Below are positions 25,482 to 34,131 of a stretch of 38,713 nucleotides of DNA, piece after piece (the stretch's first letter is position 1; the number at the start of each line of letters is the position of its first letter). The stretch is from Bacillota bacterium (GTDB taxonomy: Bacteria > Bacillota > DTU030). The stretch is taken from positions 1 to 38,713 of the forward strand of contig DUTA01000073.1 in NCBI GenBank assembly GCA_012842325.1, read 5' to 3'. A program made the translations under genes and the position numbers. The notes under the pieces are model-generated. The model was given only the letters and a program-made list of their open reading frames with translations, did not search any database and had not been told where the DNA came from.

Positions 25482-26691
25482 CGGTTTCCCCCTCCTTCAC
25501 CTCTTCAATCCGGCAACCCAATTGTCCCCGGGCCAGTTTAACCCTAATCTTCTCCCCCCGGGAGACTTCACCAGCCCTTTTCACGATCCGGCCATCTTCG
25601 GCAAAGACAATACTGTATCCCCGCTCCAGTACAGCCAGGGGACTGAGGGTATCCAGCCTGCCCGCCTGCAGGGAAAGCCTGCTGCGCCACTGGCCCAGGC
25701 ACTGAGTCATGGCCCGCTCCAGATTGCGGGCGTACCCGTCGAGCAGGAGCCGCTTCTCATTAAAAAAAATCTCGGGGGCAGTAAAGGGACGGCGCCGGCC
25801 CAGGGCGGACAAGTTTTTCCGCTCCTGAGCAATGATTGTTCTGATTCCCTGATAGGAGCGGGCCGCAAGGCTCTGGAGGCGCTGGTGCAGCTCGGCTTTG
25901 TCCGGGACGGCCAGTTCGGCTGCCGCCGAAGGGGTTGGCGCCCGGACATCGGCCACAAAATCAACGATGGTAAAATCCGTTTCATGGCCGACAGCAGTAA
26001 TTACGGGCACGGGGCAGGCGGCAATGGCCCGGGCCAGCTTCTCGTCATTGAAGGGCCACAGTTCCTCCCAGGAGCCCCCTCCCCTCCCGATGATAATCAC
26101 ATCAACACCGGGAACCCGGGCCAGGGCCTCCAGGGCAGCAACCATTTGGGCAGGGGCCCTGTCCCCCTGGACCAGTACCGGGGCGACAATCAGATCCACA
26201 TTGGCAAAGCGCCGCCGCGAGACGGTAATAATATCCCTGATAGCGGCACCGGTGGGAGAGGTAATGACCCCCACCCTGCGGGGCAGCAGGGGTAGGGTTT
26301 TTTTTCGCTCCGGAGCAAACAGGCCTTCCCCGGCCAGCTTTTTTTTCAACTCTTCAAAGGCCAGGTGCAGGGAACCCACGCCGGCAGGCTCCATTGCTTC
26401 CACATAGAACTGATAGACACCATCCCGGGCATAAACCCCTATGGAACCCAGGGCTATGACCTGCAGGCCGTTCCTGGGGGTAAAGCTTAAATTACGATTC
26501 TGGCTGCGAAACATGACACAGCGTAAGGTTGACTCCTCATCCTTAAGGGTAAAGTACATGTGCCCGGAACTGTGGTGTTTAAAATTTGATATTTCCCCCT
26601 GCACGCCCAGATTCCGGAGGAAGTCGTCCCCTTCCAGTTTTCCCTTTATATACCGGTTTATTTCACTGACCTGGTAGATTGTTGGCAGCAT
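25474..26691 (-). CDS. xseA: Exodeoxyribonuclease VII large subunit
   Basis: ORF trimmed to the ATG at 26691 (GGGGGAAGG upstream). Product starts MLPTIYQVSEINRYIKGKLEGDDFLRNLGVQGEISNFKHHSSGHMYFTLKD (OB fold). Confidence 0.9.
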   Translation of the reverse strand: MLPTIYQVSEINRYIKGKLEGDDFLRNLGVQGEISNFKHHSSGHMYFTLKDEESTLRCVMFRSQNRNLSFTPRNGLQVIALGSIGVYARDGVYQFYVEAMEPAGVGSLHLAFEELKKKLAGEGLFAPERKKTLPLLPRRVGVITSPTGAAIRDIITVSRRRFANVDLIVAPVLVQGDRAPAQMVAALEALARVPGVDVIIIGRGGGSWEELWPFNDEKLARAIAACPVPVITAVGHETDFTIVDFVADVRAPTPSAAAELAVPDKAELHQRLQSLAARSYQGIRTIIAQERKNLSALGRRRPFTAPEIFFNEKRLLLDGYARNLERAMTQCLGQWRSRLSLQAGRLDTLSPLAVLERGYSIVFAEDGRIVKRAGEVSRGEKIRVKLARGQLGCRIEEVKEGETGV

Positions 26692-26816
26692 GGCATCCCA
26701 ACCTTCCCCCGGCAGATCGTCCCTGCAGGTAAATATAAATCCGGATTCCCTCAGGATCCGGATAGTGGCCAGCATCTATACTATTACTATTCTCACCCTC
26801 CCCCGCCTTTTCCTGC

Positions 26817-26845
26817 CTAAAACAGAAAAAAGGCCCATGGGCCTT
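26817..26845 (-). terminator. Rho-independent terminator after nusB
   Basis: Perfect 16-nt palindrome AAGGCCCATGGGCCTT followed by TTTTCTGTTTT. It starts 2 nt after the nusB stop. Confidence 0.7.
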
Positions 26846-26847
26846 GT

Positions 26848-27273
26848 TCATTCTCCGCCGGGGACCTGCTCTTCTTTGAGGAGCCGGTTTATTGTCCCCA
26901 AAATACCGTTGACAAAGGGTCCTGACTGGGGGCCACTGTACTTTTTACATAACTCCACCGCCTCATTGATGGAGACACTGGCCGGTATATCCTGACAGTA
27001 TAGTAATTCATAAACAGCCAGCCGCAGGATGGCCCTGTCCACCCGGGAAAGGCGGTCCACCGTCCAATCCAGCGCAAAGCGGTCGATCAGCTCATCTATT
27101 TTCTCTCTGTTTTCCCACATTCCCCAGATCAGTTCCTGCAGGTACTTTTCATTTTCAGGCTTCAGGACCAGGCCCTCTGTCACAGTGCGATAAGCCTCTT
27201 CCGGCTTTGCCCTGGCAACATCCATCTGGTAAAAGGCCTTTAAGGCTTGTTCCCTCGCGATCCTGCGACCCAA
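26848..27273 (-). CDS. nusB: Transcription antitermination factor NusB
   Basis: (M)GRRIAREQALKAFYQMDV...AILRLAVYELLY. TTG start with AAAGGAGAAGG upstream. Confidence 0.93.
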   Translation of the reverse strand: MGRRIAREQALKAFYQMDVARAKPEEAYRTVTEGLVLKPENEKYLQELIWGMWENREKIDELIDRFALDWTVDRLSRVDRAILRLAVYELLYCQDIPASVSINEAVELCKKYSGPQSGPFVNGILGTINRLLKEEQVPGGE

Positions 27274-27300
27274 GATGTCCTTCTCCTTTCCTTAAATCCT

Positions 27301-27522
27301 TTACCGCTTGTTGGAAGGCCAGAAGTGCTCCAGGATTTCTCCCAGTTCTCCCCCGTCATCCAGCCTTTTCCCAATATAATAACCCAGACTGGCACAGATG
27401 AAAAGGACCAATGTTTCTATTATACCCCGGGAAATTATTAACCAGCCCAGGACAAAACCGATGAGACACCCGATAATTTTGCCCCGGTGCCGGGCAAAGA
27501 GGGCAAGGAGTTCTTCCTTCAT
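27301..27522 (-). CDS. DUF2273 small integral membrane protein
   Basis: 73 aa with two TM segments (GKIIGCLIGFVLGWLII...LVLFICASLGYYIG). It occupies the usual position after asp23-amaP. Confidence 0.7.
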   Translation of the reverse strand: MKEELLALFARHRGKIIGCLIGFVLGWLIISRGIIETLVLFICASLGYYIGKRLDDGGELGEILEHFWPSNKR

Positions 27523-27561
27523 CGCAACCCACCTCTTCCTGGAACGTCTGCCAGGGGATTA

Positions 27562-28104
27562 TCATTCTATCTTCTTTTCCAGGGCTTCCTGGCCGATGTT
27601 GGCGATATGGACGTTTACCTCTGCCACTTCAATCCCCATGGTTTCCCTAACCTGCAAGCAAATGGCCTCCTGAATCCTTTTGGAAAGGGCAGGAACATTT
27701 TCTTCGGGATTGACGACTACCTGGAGCTTTACAGCAATTCCCCCCGGTGTGCCCTTCACCCGTACTCTGGTCTCCCGGGCGCCCCTTATCTGCCGCACTG
27801 TCCGTTGGATCAGATTCTCCACTGCCGCAAAGGAAATCTTCAGCTCCCCCAGTTCGGTGCGGGAGCTGATGCCCCTGCCCTGGCCCCTCCTGCCCAAAGC
27901 CAGGTAGAAGAGGCGTAGGCTGGCCAGGAGAAAAAAGAGGGCCACCAGACCCACATCGAGCCTGCCGTACAGAAGGGCTATGCTTGTCCCCAGCTGTTCC
28001 AGGGAGAGGAGGCCGAAGGCCAAAAGAAGGGCGAAGAGGGAAAGGAAGACCAGGGACAACATGGCCACAAAAAGGAGAATGCGATCAAGAAAACCCATTT
28101 TCAC
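27562..28104 (-). CDS. amaP: Alkaline-shock response membrane anchor protein AmaP
   Basis: N-terminal TM segments followed by an Asp23-like C-terminal region. It lies immediately downstream of asp23. Start is either GTG at 28104 or ATG at 28098. Confidence 0.7.
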   Translation of the reverse strand: MKMGFLDRILLFVAMLSLVFLSLFALLLAFGLLSLEQLGTSIALLYGRLDVGLVALFFLLASLRLFYLALGRRGQGRGISSRTELGELKISFAAVENLIQRTVRQIRGARETRVRVKGTPGGIAVKLQVVVNPEENVPALSKRIQEAICLQVRETMGIEVAEVNVHIANIGQEALEKKIE

Positions 28105-28164
28105 TATACTCCTTTCCCCACAGAAAAAAGTTCCTTTCGTATCTATCTTCTCCCGCTAAGGCCG

Positions 28165-28563
28165 TTACTTAACCCGGATATCCTCTTCCTTTTCTTCCGC
28201 TGCGAACCGCACGCCCTGAATGTGGATGTTGACCTCAACCACTTCCAGGCCCGTCATGGTTTCAATTTGTCTCTTCACATTCTCCTGCACCTTGTAGGCG
28301 ACATCGGGAATACGGACACCGTACTCGACGATGACATACAAATCGACGGCGGTCTGGCGTTCGCCAACCTCAACCTTAACTCCCTTTGATAAGTTCTTCC
28401 GGCCCAGCATTTCCGCTATCCCGCCGGCAAGGCCGCCGCTCATGCCGGCCACCCCTTCAATCTCCGTGGCAGCAATACCGGCAATTATGGCCACAACTTC
28501 GTTGGCGATTTTGACCGTACCCAGCGCTTTTTCCCTCTCTACCAGTTCCTGCTCATTTACCAT
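28165..28563 (-). CDS. asp23: Asp23/Gls24-family envelope stress protein
   Basis: ORF 28165..28767 trimmed to the ATG at 28563 (AGGGGGTG 7 nt upstream). GTVKIANEVVAIIAGIAATEIEGVAGMSGG...VDLYVIVEYGVRIPDVAYKVQENV. Confidence 0.85.
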   Translation of the reverse strand: MVNEQELVEREKALGTVKIANEVVAIIAGIAATEIEGVAGMSGGLAGGIAEMLGRKNLSKGVKVEVGERQTAVDLYVIVEYGVRIPDVAYKVQENVKRQIETMTGLEVVEVNIHIQGVRFAAEEKEEDIRVK

Positions 28564-28635
28564 CACAATACACCCCCTGAGGATTGTTTTGCTGATGCAT
28601 CTACATAATACCAGAGGAGTCTGAACTTGTTTATA

Positions 28636-28664
28636 ATTATACCAGACTCCCCGGGGCAAGACAA
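28636..28664 (-). promoter_or_regulatory. Sigma-A promoter TTGTCT-N17-(TGg)TATAAT for asp23-amaP-DUF2273-nusB
   Basis: Minus strand reads TTGTCTTGCCCCGGGGAGTCTGGTATAAT. It has a perfect -10 with a TG extension and a 17-nt spacer, and lies about 70 nt upstream of asp23. Confidence 0.55.
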
Positions 28665-28687
28665 TCTTTTCCAACCTGAACCGTCCT

Positions 28688-29260
28688 TTATCTGGGACGG
28701 CTATCAATGACAATTGCCTCCAGGGGGACACCGCACATACCTTGCACCAAATCACCCAGCTGGGCAACCTGTTTTTTCTCCAAATGCTCAGCTTTTACCA
28801 CAACATGCACCTGTCCGCCGTTGATAAAAACCACCGCTTCCCGAAAACCCTTGGCTTTAATCAACCCTTCCAGCTCCATTTCCCGTTCCAGATCCTGGGA
28901 AATCTGCAACAAACGGTCATGGGCTTCCCGGCGATTTTCCGGTTCGATGTTGGGATTATGGACAATCTCCCGCAACATATCCATCTGCTGGCTGCGGACC
29001 CGTTCCCTTTCCAGGCGATACTCGATAAAGAAATCCGTCTCAGCCTCCTTGAGCTGTTCGGGCAGTTCTTCCCCTTCTTCCTTTTCTTCCTCTTTTTCCC
29101 CCTCATTTTTTTCCCCTTCTCTTCCTTCCCCTGCCGCCAGCTCCCCCTCTGTACCGCCCGGCGCCCCGTCGGAAATCTGCAGCGAATAGAGAATAATAAA
29201 GAGCACCAGGAGGAGACAGAGGACCAACCACAGCCATTCCCGCCGCAATAACAGGGCCAT
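28688..29260 (-). CDS. spoIIIAH: Stage III sporulation protein AH
   Basis: N-terminal TM segment, an acidic low-complexity linker, then FFIEYRLERERVRSQQMDMLREIV...LIKAKGFREAVVFI (YscJ/FliF-like domain). It is the last gene of the spoIIIA cluster. Confidence 0.8.
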   Translation of the reverse strand: MALLLRREWLWLVLCLLLVLFIILYSLQISDGAPGGTEGELAAGEGREGEKNEGEKEEEKEEGEELPEQLKEAETDFFIEYRLERERVRSQQMDMLREIVHNPNIEPENRREAHDRLLQISQDLEREMELEGLIKAKGFREAVVFINGGQVHVVVKAEHLEKKQVAQLGDLVQGMCGVPLEAIVIDSRPR

Positions 29261-29271
29261 AGGAGCAACAC

Positions 29272-29943
29272 CTACCTTTCCTTTGGCAAGACAACAATTT
29301 TATGACTGCCTATCCCGAGGGCTACTTGGACCGCCCGCAGCAATTCTGCCTTAACCCGGGAATTGCCCGCCCCGGCAGCCACTACCAGCACCCCCTGGAC
29401 CGGGGGGTGCGACTCCTTGCGCACCAGCCCCTGGTTTCCGGTCCCCTGGATGCCGGCCACCATAACCAGCTGCTGGTCTTCCCTTGTCTCCTGAATGACC
29501 CTTTGCCCGCCCCCGGTGTCCCTTTCTTCCGTTGTACGGGCTTCCACACTCCTGTTCTGGGCATAATCGTATTCCGGGCCGCCGGCTAGACTGACATAGA
29601 CGGCCACTTCCCCGGCACCCTGGACTTCCGTTAAAATCCTGGCCAGGCGCTCCGAAAGAACCTGTTCATATAGTTGAAGCTCCGTTAAATTCTCCTCCCC
29701 TGTTGGGACATTTACTTTAATCCCTCCTTCCGGGATTTGTGTGTCCGGTTTCAGGGGTAGTTCCGCCCCCCGCCGGCCCCAGATGCCGGCGGTGAGGAAA
29801 AGGAAAAAACCGATGATTCCCAGCAGCACCAGCTTCACAGAAATCCCCCGCTGGGGCTTGCCCCAGGAACCGTTTTCCCCGTCCACCTCCCCTTTGTCAG
29901 CCCCGAAGAGCAGCTTTCCCTTTACCATGCTAAAGAACCCCAT
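29272..29943 (-). CDS. spoIIIAG: Stage III sporulation protein AG
   Basis: The C-terminus VQGVLVVAAGAGNSRVKAELLRAVQVALGIGSHKIVVLP is typical of SpoIIIAG. The ATG at 29943 has AGGAGGTG 9 nt upstream; the ORF-track GTG at 29955 falls inside that RBS. Confidence 0.8.
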   Translation of the reverse strand: MGFFSMVKGKLLFGADKGEVDGENGSWGKPQRGISVKLVLLGIIGFFLFLTAGIWGRRGAELPLKPDTQIPEGGIKVNVPTGEENLTELQLYEQVLSERLARILTEVQGAGEVAVYVSLAGGPEYDYAQNRSVEARTTEERDTGGGQRVIQETREDQQLVMVAGIQGTGNQGLVRKESHPPVQGVLVVAAGAGNSRVKAELLRAVQVALGIGSHKIVVLPKER

Positions 29944-29962
29944 CCTCCACGGCACCTCCTAT

Positions 29963-30604
29963 TTAATCATAATTATCCTTCTCCCAGGCAAAGACAGAGA
30001 TGGTTTCCGGTTTCAGGTCAAAAAAGGTTGTCAATACCGCCCTGATTTTTCCCTCAAGGGCAGCCGGCAAGGTATCCTCTCCCCCTTCCCGGGAGCCGGC
30101 TTCCCCCCCTTTGCTTACCCTTATCTGTACCGGTTCCACCAGGGACACCCCATTCCCGGGCTCACCTTCCCCTTTGACCCAGAGGACAAGGCCGATAACA
30201 TCCCCTGCCCCTTCCCCCAGAAAAACCTGCGCCCGAGCCCGGGTCACTTCTTCCAGGGACAGCACCAGGGCTTCGGCCTGTTCTTCCAGCTGGCGTCGGT
30301 AGAGGGCCAGGGCTTGCTCCTTCGCCTTTTCCGCCAGGGCTTCCCCTTGACCGGCCACCCCCCTTAGTCCCTCTCCGGCAAAGACCCTTTCCTCCAATCC
30401 GGCCGGGCTCCAGGACACGTCCTGCCGCAGGAGGAGAAGGAGGGGATTGACCAGGGCCATAAGGACAAAGAGGCCGACGACGACCCGGGCAAACCTGCGT
30501 ATGTTGCCGGAGGGGAGTATCAGATCGAGAAAAGCGGCCAGGCTGACAATCAGGATCAGCTGTTTAACCCACTCGCGAAGATAGGCCAGCAGTGACAATC
30601 CCAA
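29963..30604 (-). CDS. spoIIIAF: Stage III sporulation protein AF
   Basis: LREWVKQLILIVSLAAFLDLILPSGNIRRFARVVVGLFVLMALVNPLL parallels B. subtilis SpoIIIAF. The TTG at 30604 has GAGGAGG 6 nt upstream; the exact start is uncertain (30598-30619). Confidence 0.8.
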   Translation of the reverse strand: MGLSLLAYLREWVKQLILIVSLAAFLDLILPSGNIRRFARVVVGLFVLMALVNPLLLLLRQDVSWSPAGLEERVFAGEGLRGVAGQGEALAEKAKEQALALYRRQLEEQAEALVLSLEEVTRARAQVFLGEGAGDVIGLVLWVKGEGEPGNGVSLVEPVQIRVSKGGEAGSREGGEDTLPAALEGKIRAVLTTFFDLKPETISVFAWEKDNYD

Positions 30605-30615
30605 CACCACCCTCC

Positions 30616-31803
30616 TCAACGGAGCATGACCGTTATATTGCCAACCCCGATGATCACCGTTATGGTTATAAAAAACATGATGGCGATGGTGGCAATGGAG
30701 ACCAAAACCACCGTCAGGCTGTTGGCCAGGGAATTAAGGCACTGGACCAGCCTCCCCTCGGTAATAGGCTGGATGGCGGCAGCCGCTACCTTATAAATCA
30801 GGATCAAGGCCGCCACTTTAAGAATGGGAAAGGAACAGAGCAGGATGACGGCCAGAACTCCTGCAATGCCGATGGCATTTTTTAAGAGGAGGGAGCAGCT
30901 GGCAACGGCGTCGACGGTGTCGGCCAGCATTTTGCCCACCAGGGGGACAAAGGTCCCGGCAAGGAATTTTACGGTCCTGAGGGAAACGCCGTCGGAGACG
31001 GAAGCTGCCACGCCCTGCACCACAATGACACCGATGAAGATGCTGATGGCCAGGCCAAGGAGGACCACAGCCCCCTCCTGGATTAAACCGGCCAGGCGGG
31101 AAATGCTGATCCCTGCCGTCAACTGGCTGACGATGGCCAGGATGACGGCAATATAGATGAGGGGGAAAATGGTGGATTCGATGACTGTCGCCAGAATACT
31201 GATGACCATAAACAAAAGGGGATGAAAAAGGGCAGCAGAGGCTAAACCACCCACGGCCGTCAGGAGGGCCAGCATGAGGGGGAGTAAGGCCTGCATAAAG
31301 GTGACCATCCTATCTATTGCTTCCTGCCCGGTACTGATGGCAATGGTAAAGGTCTGAACAGCCAGGGCCAGCAAAACAAGGAAGCATACCGAGTAGCCAA
31401 CCTGTCCCACTTCCTGGGCGGAAAAAGCCTGCTGGATATTGTTGAGAACGGCTGCAATTACCGCCAGCAGGATGAGCTGTCCCAGAAGGCGAGAGTTGGC
31501 CACCACTTCCTGGAAAAGATATCGGAGCAGGCCGCCAAGGAGGGCCCTGAAGTTAAAGGCCTCCTCACCCCGGGCGATCCGTCCCACCAGTTCCTGCAGG
31601 TTTATCTCCGGCAGAAACTCCCTCCCCTGCCGGTTGATTTCGGCGAGAAAGGCTTCGATTTTTTCCAGCTCCAGCTCTTCCATCTGTTCTCTAATAAGCG
31701 CTTCCCGATCAAAGGCTGTTTCATCTTCCGCAGCGGCGGCAACACTGTAGGCAAGGCAGAGAAAGAGGGTGACAACCAAAAGGGCAATACCTTTTCCCGT
31801 CAT
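30616..31803 (-). CDS. spoIIIAE: Stage III sporulation protein AE
   Basis: Signal peptide followed by a polytopic membrane protein of 395 aa. Its position in the cluster fits. Confidence 0.9.
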   Translation of the reverse strand: MTGKGIALLVVTLFLCLAYSVAAAAEDETAFDREALIREQMEELELEKIEAFLAEINRQGREFLPEINLQELVGRIARGEEAFNFRALLGGLLRYLFQEVVANSRLLGQLILLAVIAAVLNNIQQAFSAQEVGQVGYSVCFLVLLALAVQTFTIAISTGQEAIDRMVTFMQALLPLMLALLTAVGGLASAALFHPLLFMVISILATVIESTIFPLIYIAVILAIVSQLTAGISISRLAGLIQEGAVVLLGLAISIFIGVIVVQGVAASVSDGVSLRTVKFLAGTFVPLVGKMLADTVDAVASCSLLLKNAIGIAGVLAVILLCSFPILKVAALILIYKVAAAAIQPITEGRLVQCLNSLANSLTVVLVSIATIAIMFFITITVIIGVGNITVMLR

Positions 31804-31825
31804 TCCTGATCCACCCCATCCAGTT

Positions 31826-32212
31826 TCAGGGTAAAAGTTGCAGGACAGAATCCAGAATAACCAGTAACATTGGAACGGCTAGAAACATGATCATGATCTT
31901 GCCCGCCAGTTCTATCTTCCCACCGATGGCGCTTTCACCGGCATCGCGGCAAATCTGGGCGCCGAATTGGGCTATATAGGCAATGGCCACAATTCTGAGG
32001 ACCGTATTGAGATACAGGAGGTCCAAATTGGCGCGCCAGGCCAATTGCTGCAAGAGATTGAAGACGGTGGCGATGCGGTCCATGAGGAGGAGAAAGATCA
32101 TAATCCCGGCCGTTAAACTGAGAAGCAGGGCCAATTCCGGCCGGTCTTCCCTGAGAAGCAGGACCAGAATGGTAACGGCCAGCCCGAGGCCGGCAATGGG
32201 CACAAGTTCCAT
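31826..32212 (-). CDS. spoIIIAD: Stage III sporulation protein AD
   Basis: 128-aa membrane protein. IAQFGAQICRDAGESAIGGKIELAGKI is the conserved SpoIIIAD core. Confidence 0.9.
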   Translation of the reverse strand: MELVPIAGLGLAVTILVLLLREDRPELALLLSLTAGIMIFLLLMDRIATVFNLLQQLAWRANLDLLYLNTVLRIVAIAYIAQFGAQICRDAGESAIGGKIELAGKIMIMFLAVPMLLVILDSVLQLLP

Positions 32213-32225
32213 CTAACCCACCCCT

Positions 32226-32423
32226 TCAATAGATGCGAAATACCGTGCGCACGGCAGTGAAGAGCTGGCTGAGGAGCTGCACCACCATCAGTAAAACAAT
32301 CACAACTCCGGCCAGGGTGAGCATCTGGGCCTGCTCCTGTTTGCCGGCCTGGTGTAAGACGGTATTTAAGATCGAGATCAGAATCCCAATCCCGGCAATT
32401 TTAAAGATCAGGTCAAAGTCCAC
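32226..32423 (-). CDS. spoIIIAC: Stage III sporulation protein AC
   Basis: ORF 32226..32498 trimmed to the GTG at 32423 (AAAGGAG 8 nt upstream). The 65-aa product (M)DFDLIFKIAGIGILISILNTVLHQAGKQEQAQMLTLAG parallels B. subtilis SpoIIIAC. Confidence 0.9.
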   Translation of the reverse strand: MDFDLIFKIAGIGILISILNTVLHQAGKQEQAQMLTLAGVVIVLLMVVQLLSQLFTAVRTVFRIY

Positions 32424-32443
32424 GGCCGCCACTCCTTTCGATC

Positions 32444-32962
32444 TTAGTAAAAGGTCAAGATCAGCATGGCCCCAAAGAGAAATCCCAGGTAGCGCCACAT
32501 CCGCTCGTTTTTGCCGCTTATCTCCCTTGCCTGTTGCTCCATCCCCTTGAGCTGCTCCCGGGTAAGCTGGAGATGTTTCACCTGGTCCTGCCGGTCTGAA
32601 CCGCCCAAAACTCCTCCCAGGGTTGCCAGGGGTTCTAAGTCCCGGGCATTGAGGACAGTAAAAAAAACCAGCTCCTCCAGACCCCTGGTCCAGGCCTCCT
32701 CCAGGCCCTTTCCCCCGGGCTCCAGGAGGAATCCTCGCACCCGGTGAAAAAAGGGGGCAATCTGGGGATCAGCAGCTGCCGCCACCGCCGCCAGGGCATC
32801 GGGCAGAGGCGTGGCACCATAGTTTATCTCTGTTTCCAGGTGCTGCAGGGCCGACTGCAGGGAACGGAGCAACCGGGGGCGCTGGGCGTAGGCCCGGGCA
32901 ACATTGTTTCCCAGCAGCCCACAGGCCAGGATGAGCAAAAGGGCCCCGGTCAATTTCAGCAT
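32444..32962 (-). CDS. spoIIIAB: Stage III sporulation protein AB
   Basis: Trimmed to the ATG at 32962 (AGGTGGGGGGA 7 nt upstream, after the spoIIIAA stop at 32980). MLKLTGALLLILACGLLG...LETEINYGATPLPDAL. Confidence 0.85.
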   Translation of the reverse strand: MLKLTGALLLILACGLLGNNVARAYAQRPRLLRSLQSALQHLETEINYGATPLPDALAAVAAAADPQIAPFFHRVRGFLLEPGGKGLEEAWTRGLEELVFFTVLNARDLEPLATLGGVLGGSDRQDQVKHLQLTREQLKGMEQQAREISGKNERMWRYLGFLFGAMLILTFY

Positions 32963-32979
32963 AATGGCATCCCCCCACC

Positions 32980-33999
32980 TCAACGGATCGGTTTTGCCAG
33001 GAGAGCAGAGTAGGTCCTGCCGTCGACAACCCCTTCCAGGGTACCGACCCCCAGGGAAAAACCAAGAATTACTATCCGCTCAAAAATCTTCTGGTCCAGG
33101 ATCCGGGCTAAAAGGGGCCGCTGCTTGAGAGCGGCCAAACTGTGGCCGTGGACAGTTGTCACCAGTTTCACCCCGGCATGGAGGGCTTCTTCCAGGGCGG
33201 CCACATCCTCTTCCTGGCCCAGTTCATCGGTGGCGATTACCTGGGGCGACATGGATCTAATCAGCATCATCATCCCCTCGGCCTTGGGGCAACCATCCAG
33301 AATATCTGTCCTCGGTCCCAGGTCCTTCTGGGGAACGCCGGCATAGGAGCCGCCGATTTCCGACCGCTCATCGACCAGGCCGACACGGCGGCCCGGGAGG
33401 CCCAGGGCGGGGATGCCCCAGCTTATCTGGCGCACCATATCCCGCAGGAGGGTCGTCTTGCCCCCCCGGGGCGGGGAAACTATCAGTGTGTGGTACAAGT
33501 TCCCTTCCTCCCGATTAATGACATAGGGCATCACTTTGTCGGCAACTCCGGGCAATTCCCGGGCAACCCGCACATTGAGGCCGGTAATATACTTGAGGGC
33601 CCGAACCCTGCCCCCTTCCAGGACAACCTTTCCCGCCAGCCCCACCCGGTGTCCCCCCGGCAAGGTTATGAATCCCTGGCGCAGTTCTTCTTCCAGGCTG
33701 TATATGGAACAGTTGCTCATTAACTGCAGGGTCCTCTTCATATCTGCGGCGGAAACCAGGTAGGCGCCATGAGTCGTAGCCATCAGCTCCCCCCGGGGAC
33801 TCACAAAGGCATCGCCCTGGGAGAAACCCAGCATCAGGGGCCTGTCCTGCCGCAGCCGGATTTCTTCGACCTGGGACCATACTTCCGGGGTTATCCTGGC
33901 CAGGATATCCTGAATTGGCGGGGCCAGGAAAGAGAGGAGTTGCCGGAAATCCTGGAAAGCCGGGCGGGTTTCCCTGTCTGCCAGCGGCAGGAGATCCAT
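32980..33999 (-). CDS. spoIIIAA: Stage III sporulation protein AA (AAA+/secretion-ATPase-like)
   Basis: Trimmed to the ATG at 33999 (GAAGGAGTGG 6 nt upstream). Walker A SPPRGGKTTLLRD, Walker B VIATDELG. Confidence 0.9.
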   Translation of the reverse strand: MDLLPLADRETRPAFQDFRQLLSFLAPPIQDILARITPEVWSQVEEIRLRQDRPLMLGFSQGDAFVSPRGELMATTHGAYLVSAADMKRTLQLMSNCSIYSLEEELRQGFITLPGGHRVGLAGKVVLEGGRVRALKYITGLNVRVARELPGVADKVMPYVINREEGNLYHTLIVSPPRGGKTTLLRDMVRQISWGIPALGLPGRRVGLVDERSEIGGSYAGVPQKDLGPRTDILDGCPKAEGMMMLIRSMSPQVIATDELGQEEDVAALEEALHAGVKLVTTVHGHSLAALKQRPLLARILDQKIFERIVILGFSLGVGTLEGVVDGRTYSALLAKPIR

Positions 34000-34021
34000 T
34001 TCCAACCACTCCTTCTCTTCT

Positions 34022-34050
34022 ATAGATATGGTTCTGCTGGCAAAAATATG
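34022..34050 (-). promoter_or_regulatory. Sigma-E-type promoter for spoIIIA (TCATATT-N14-CATATCTA)
   Basis: Minus strand reads TTCATATTTTTGCCAGCAGAACCATATCTAT. The -35 fits ZHATAxx and the spacer is 14 nt; the -10 matches CATAcaHT in 5 of 8 positions. Confidence 0.5.
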
Positions 34051-34087
34051 AAACAAAAAAAGACTGCTGCAGCCTTAACTGCAGCAG
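34051..34087 (-). terminator. Rho-independent terminator after the acidic zinc-ribbon gene
   Basis: CTGCTGCAG-TTAAGG-CTGCAGCAG (9-bp stem) followed by TCTTTTTTTGTTT. Confidence 0.75.
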
Positions 34088-34131
34088 CCGGAAAATTACT
34101 AATTACCCCTCCCGGGGGAAAAGGGCAATCC

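Noticed and set aside
28681-28700. Stem-loop CCGTCC-CAGATAAA-GGACGG overlapping the spoIIIAH stop codon
   Set aside because: It has only a 6-bp stem and is followed by TTCAGGTTGG rather than a U-tract, so I do not call it an intrinsic terminator. At most it is a weak pause or stability element.
29066-29132. A ~67-nt polypyrimidine (plus-strand) tract, interrupted only by one A at 29105
   Set aside because: It encodes the Glu/Lys/Gly-rich linker of SpoIIIAH (GEGREGEKNEGEKEEEKEEGEE). Coding low complexity explains it, and I saw no mirror symmetry that would suggest a functional H-DNA element.
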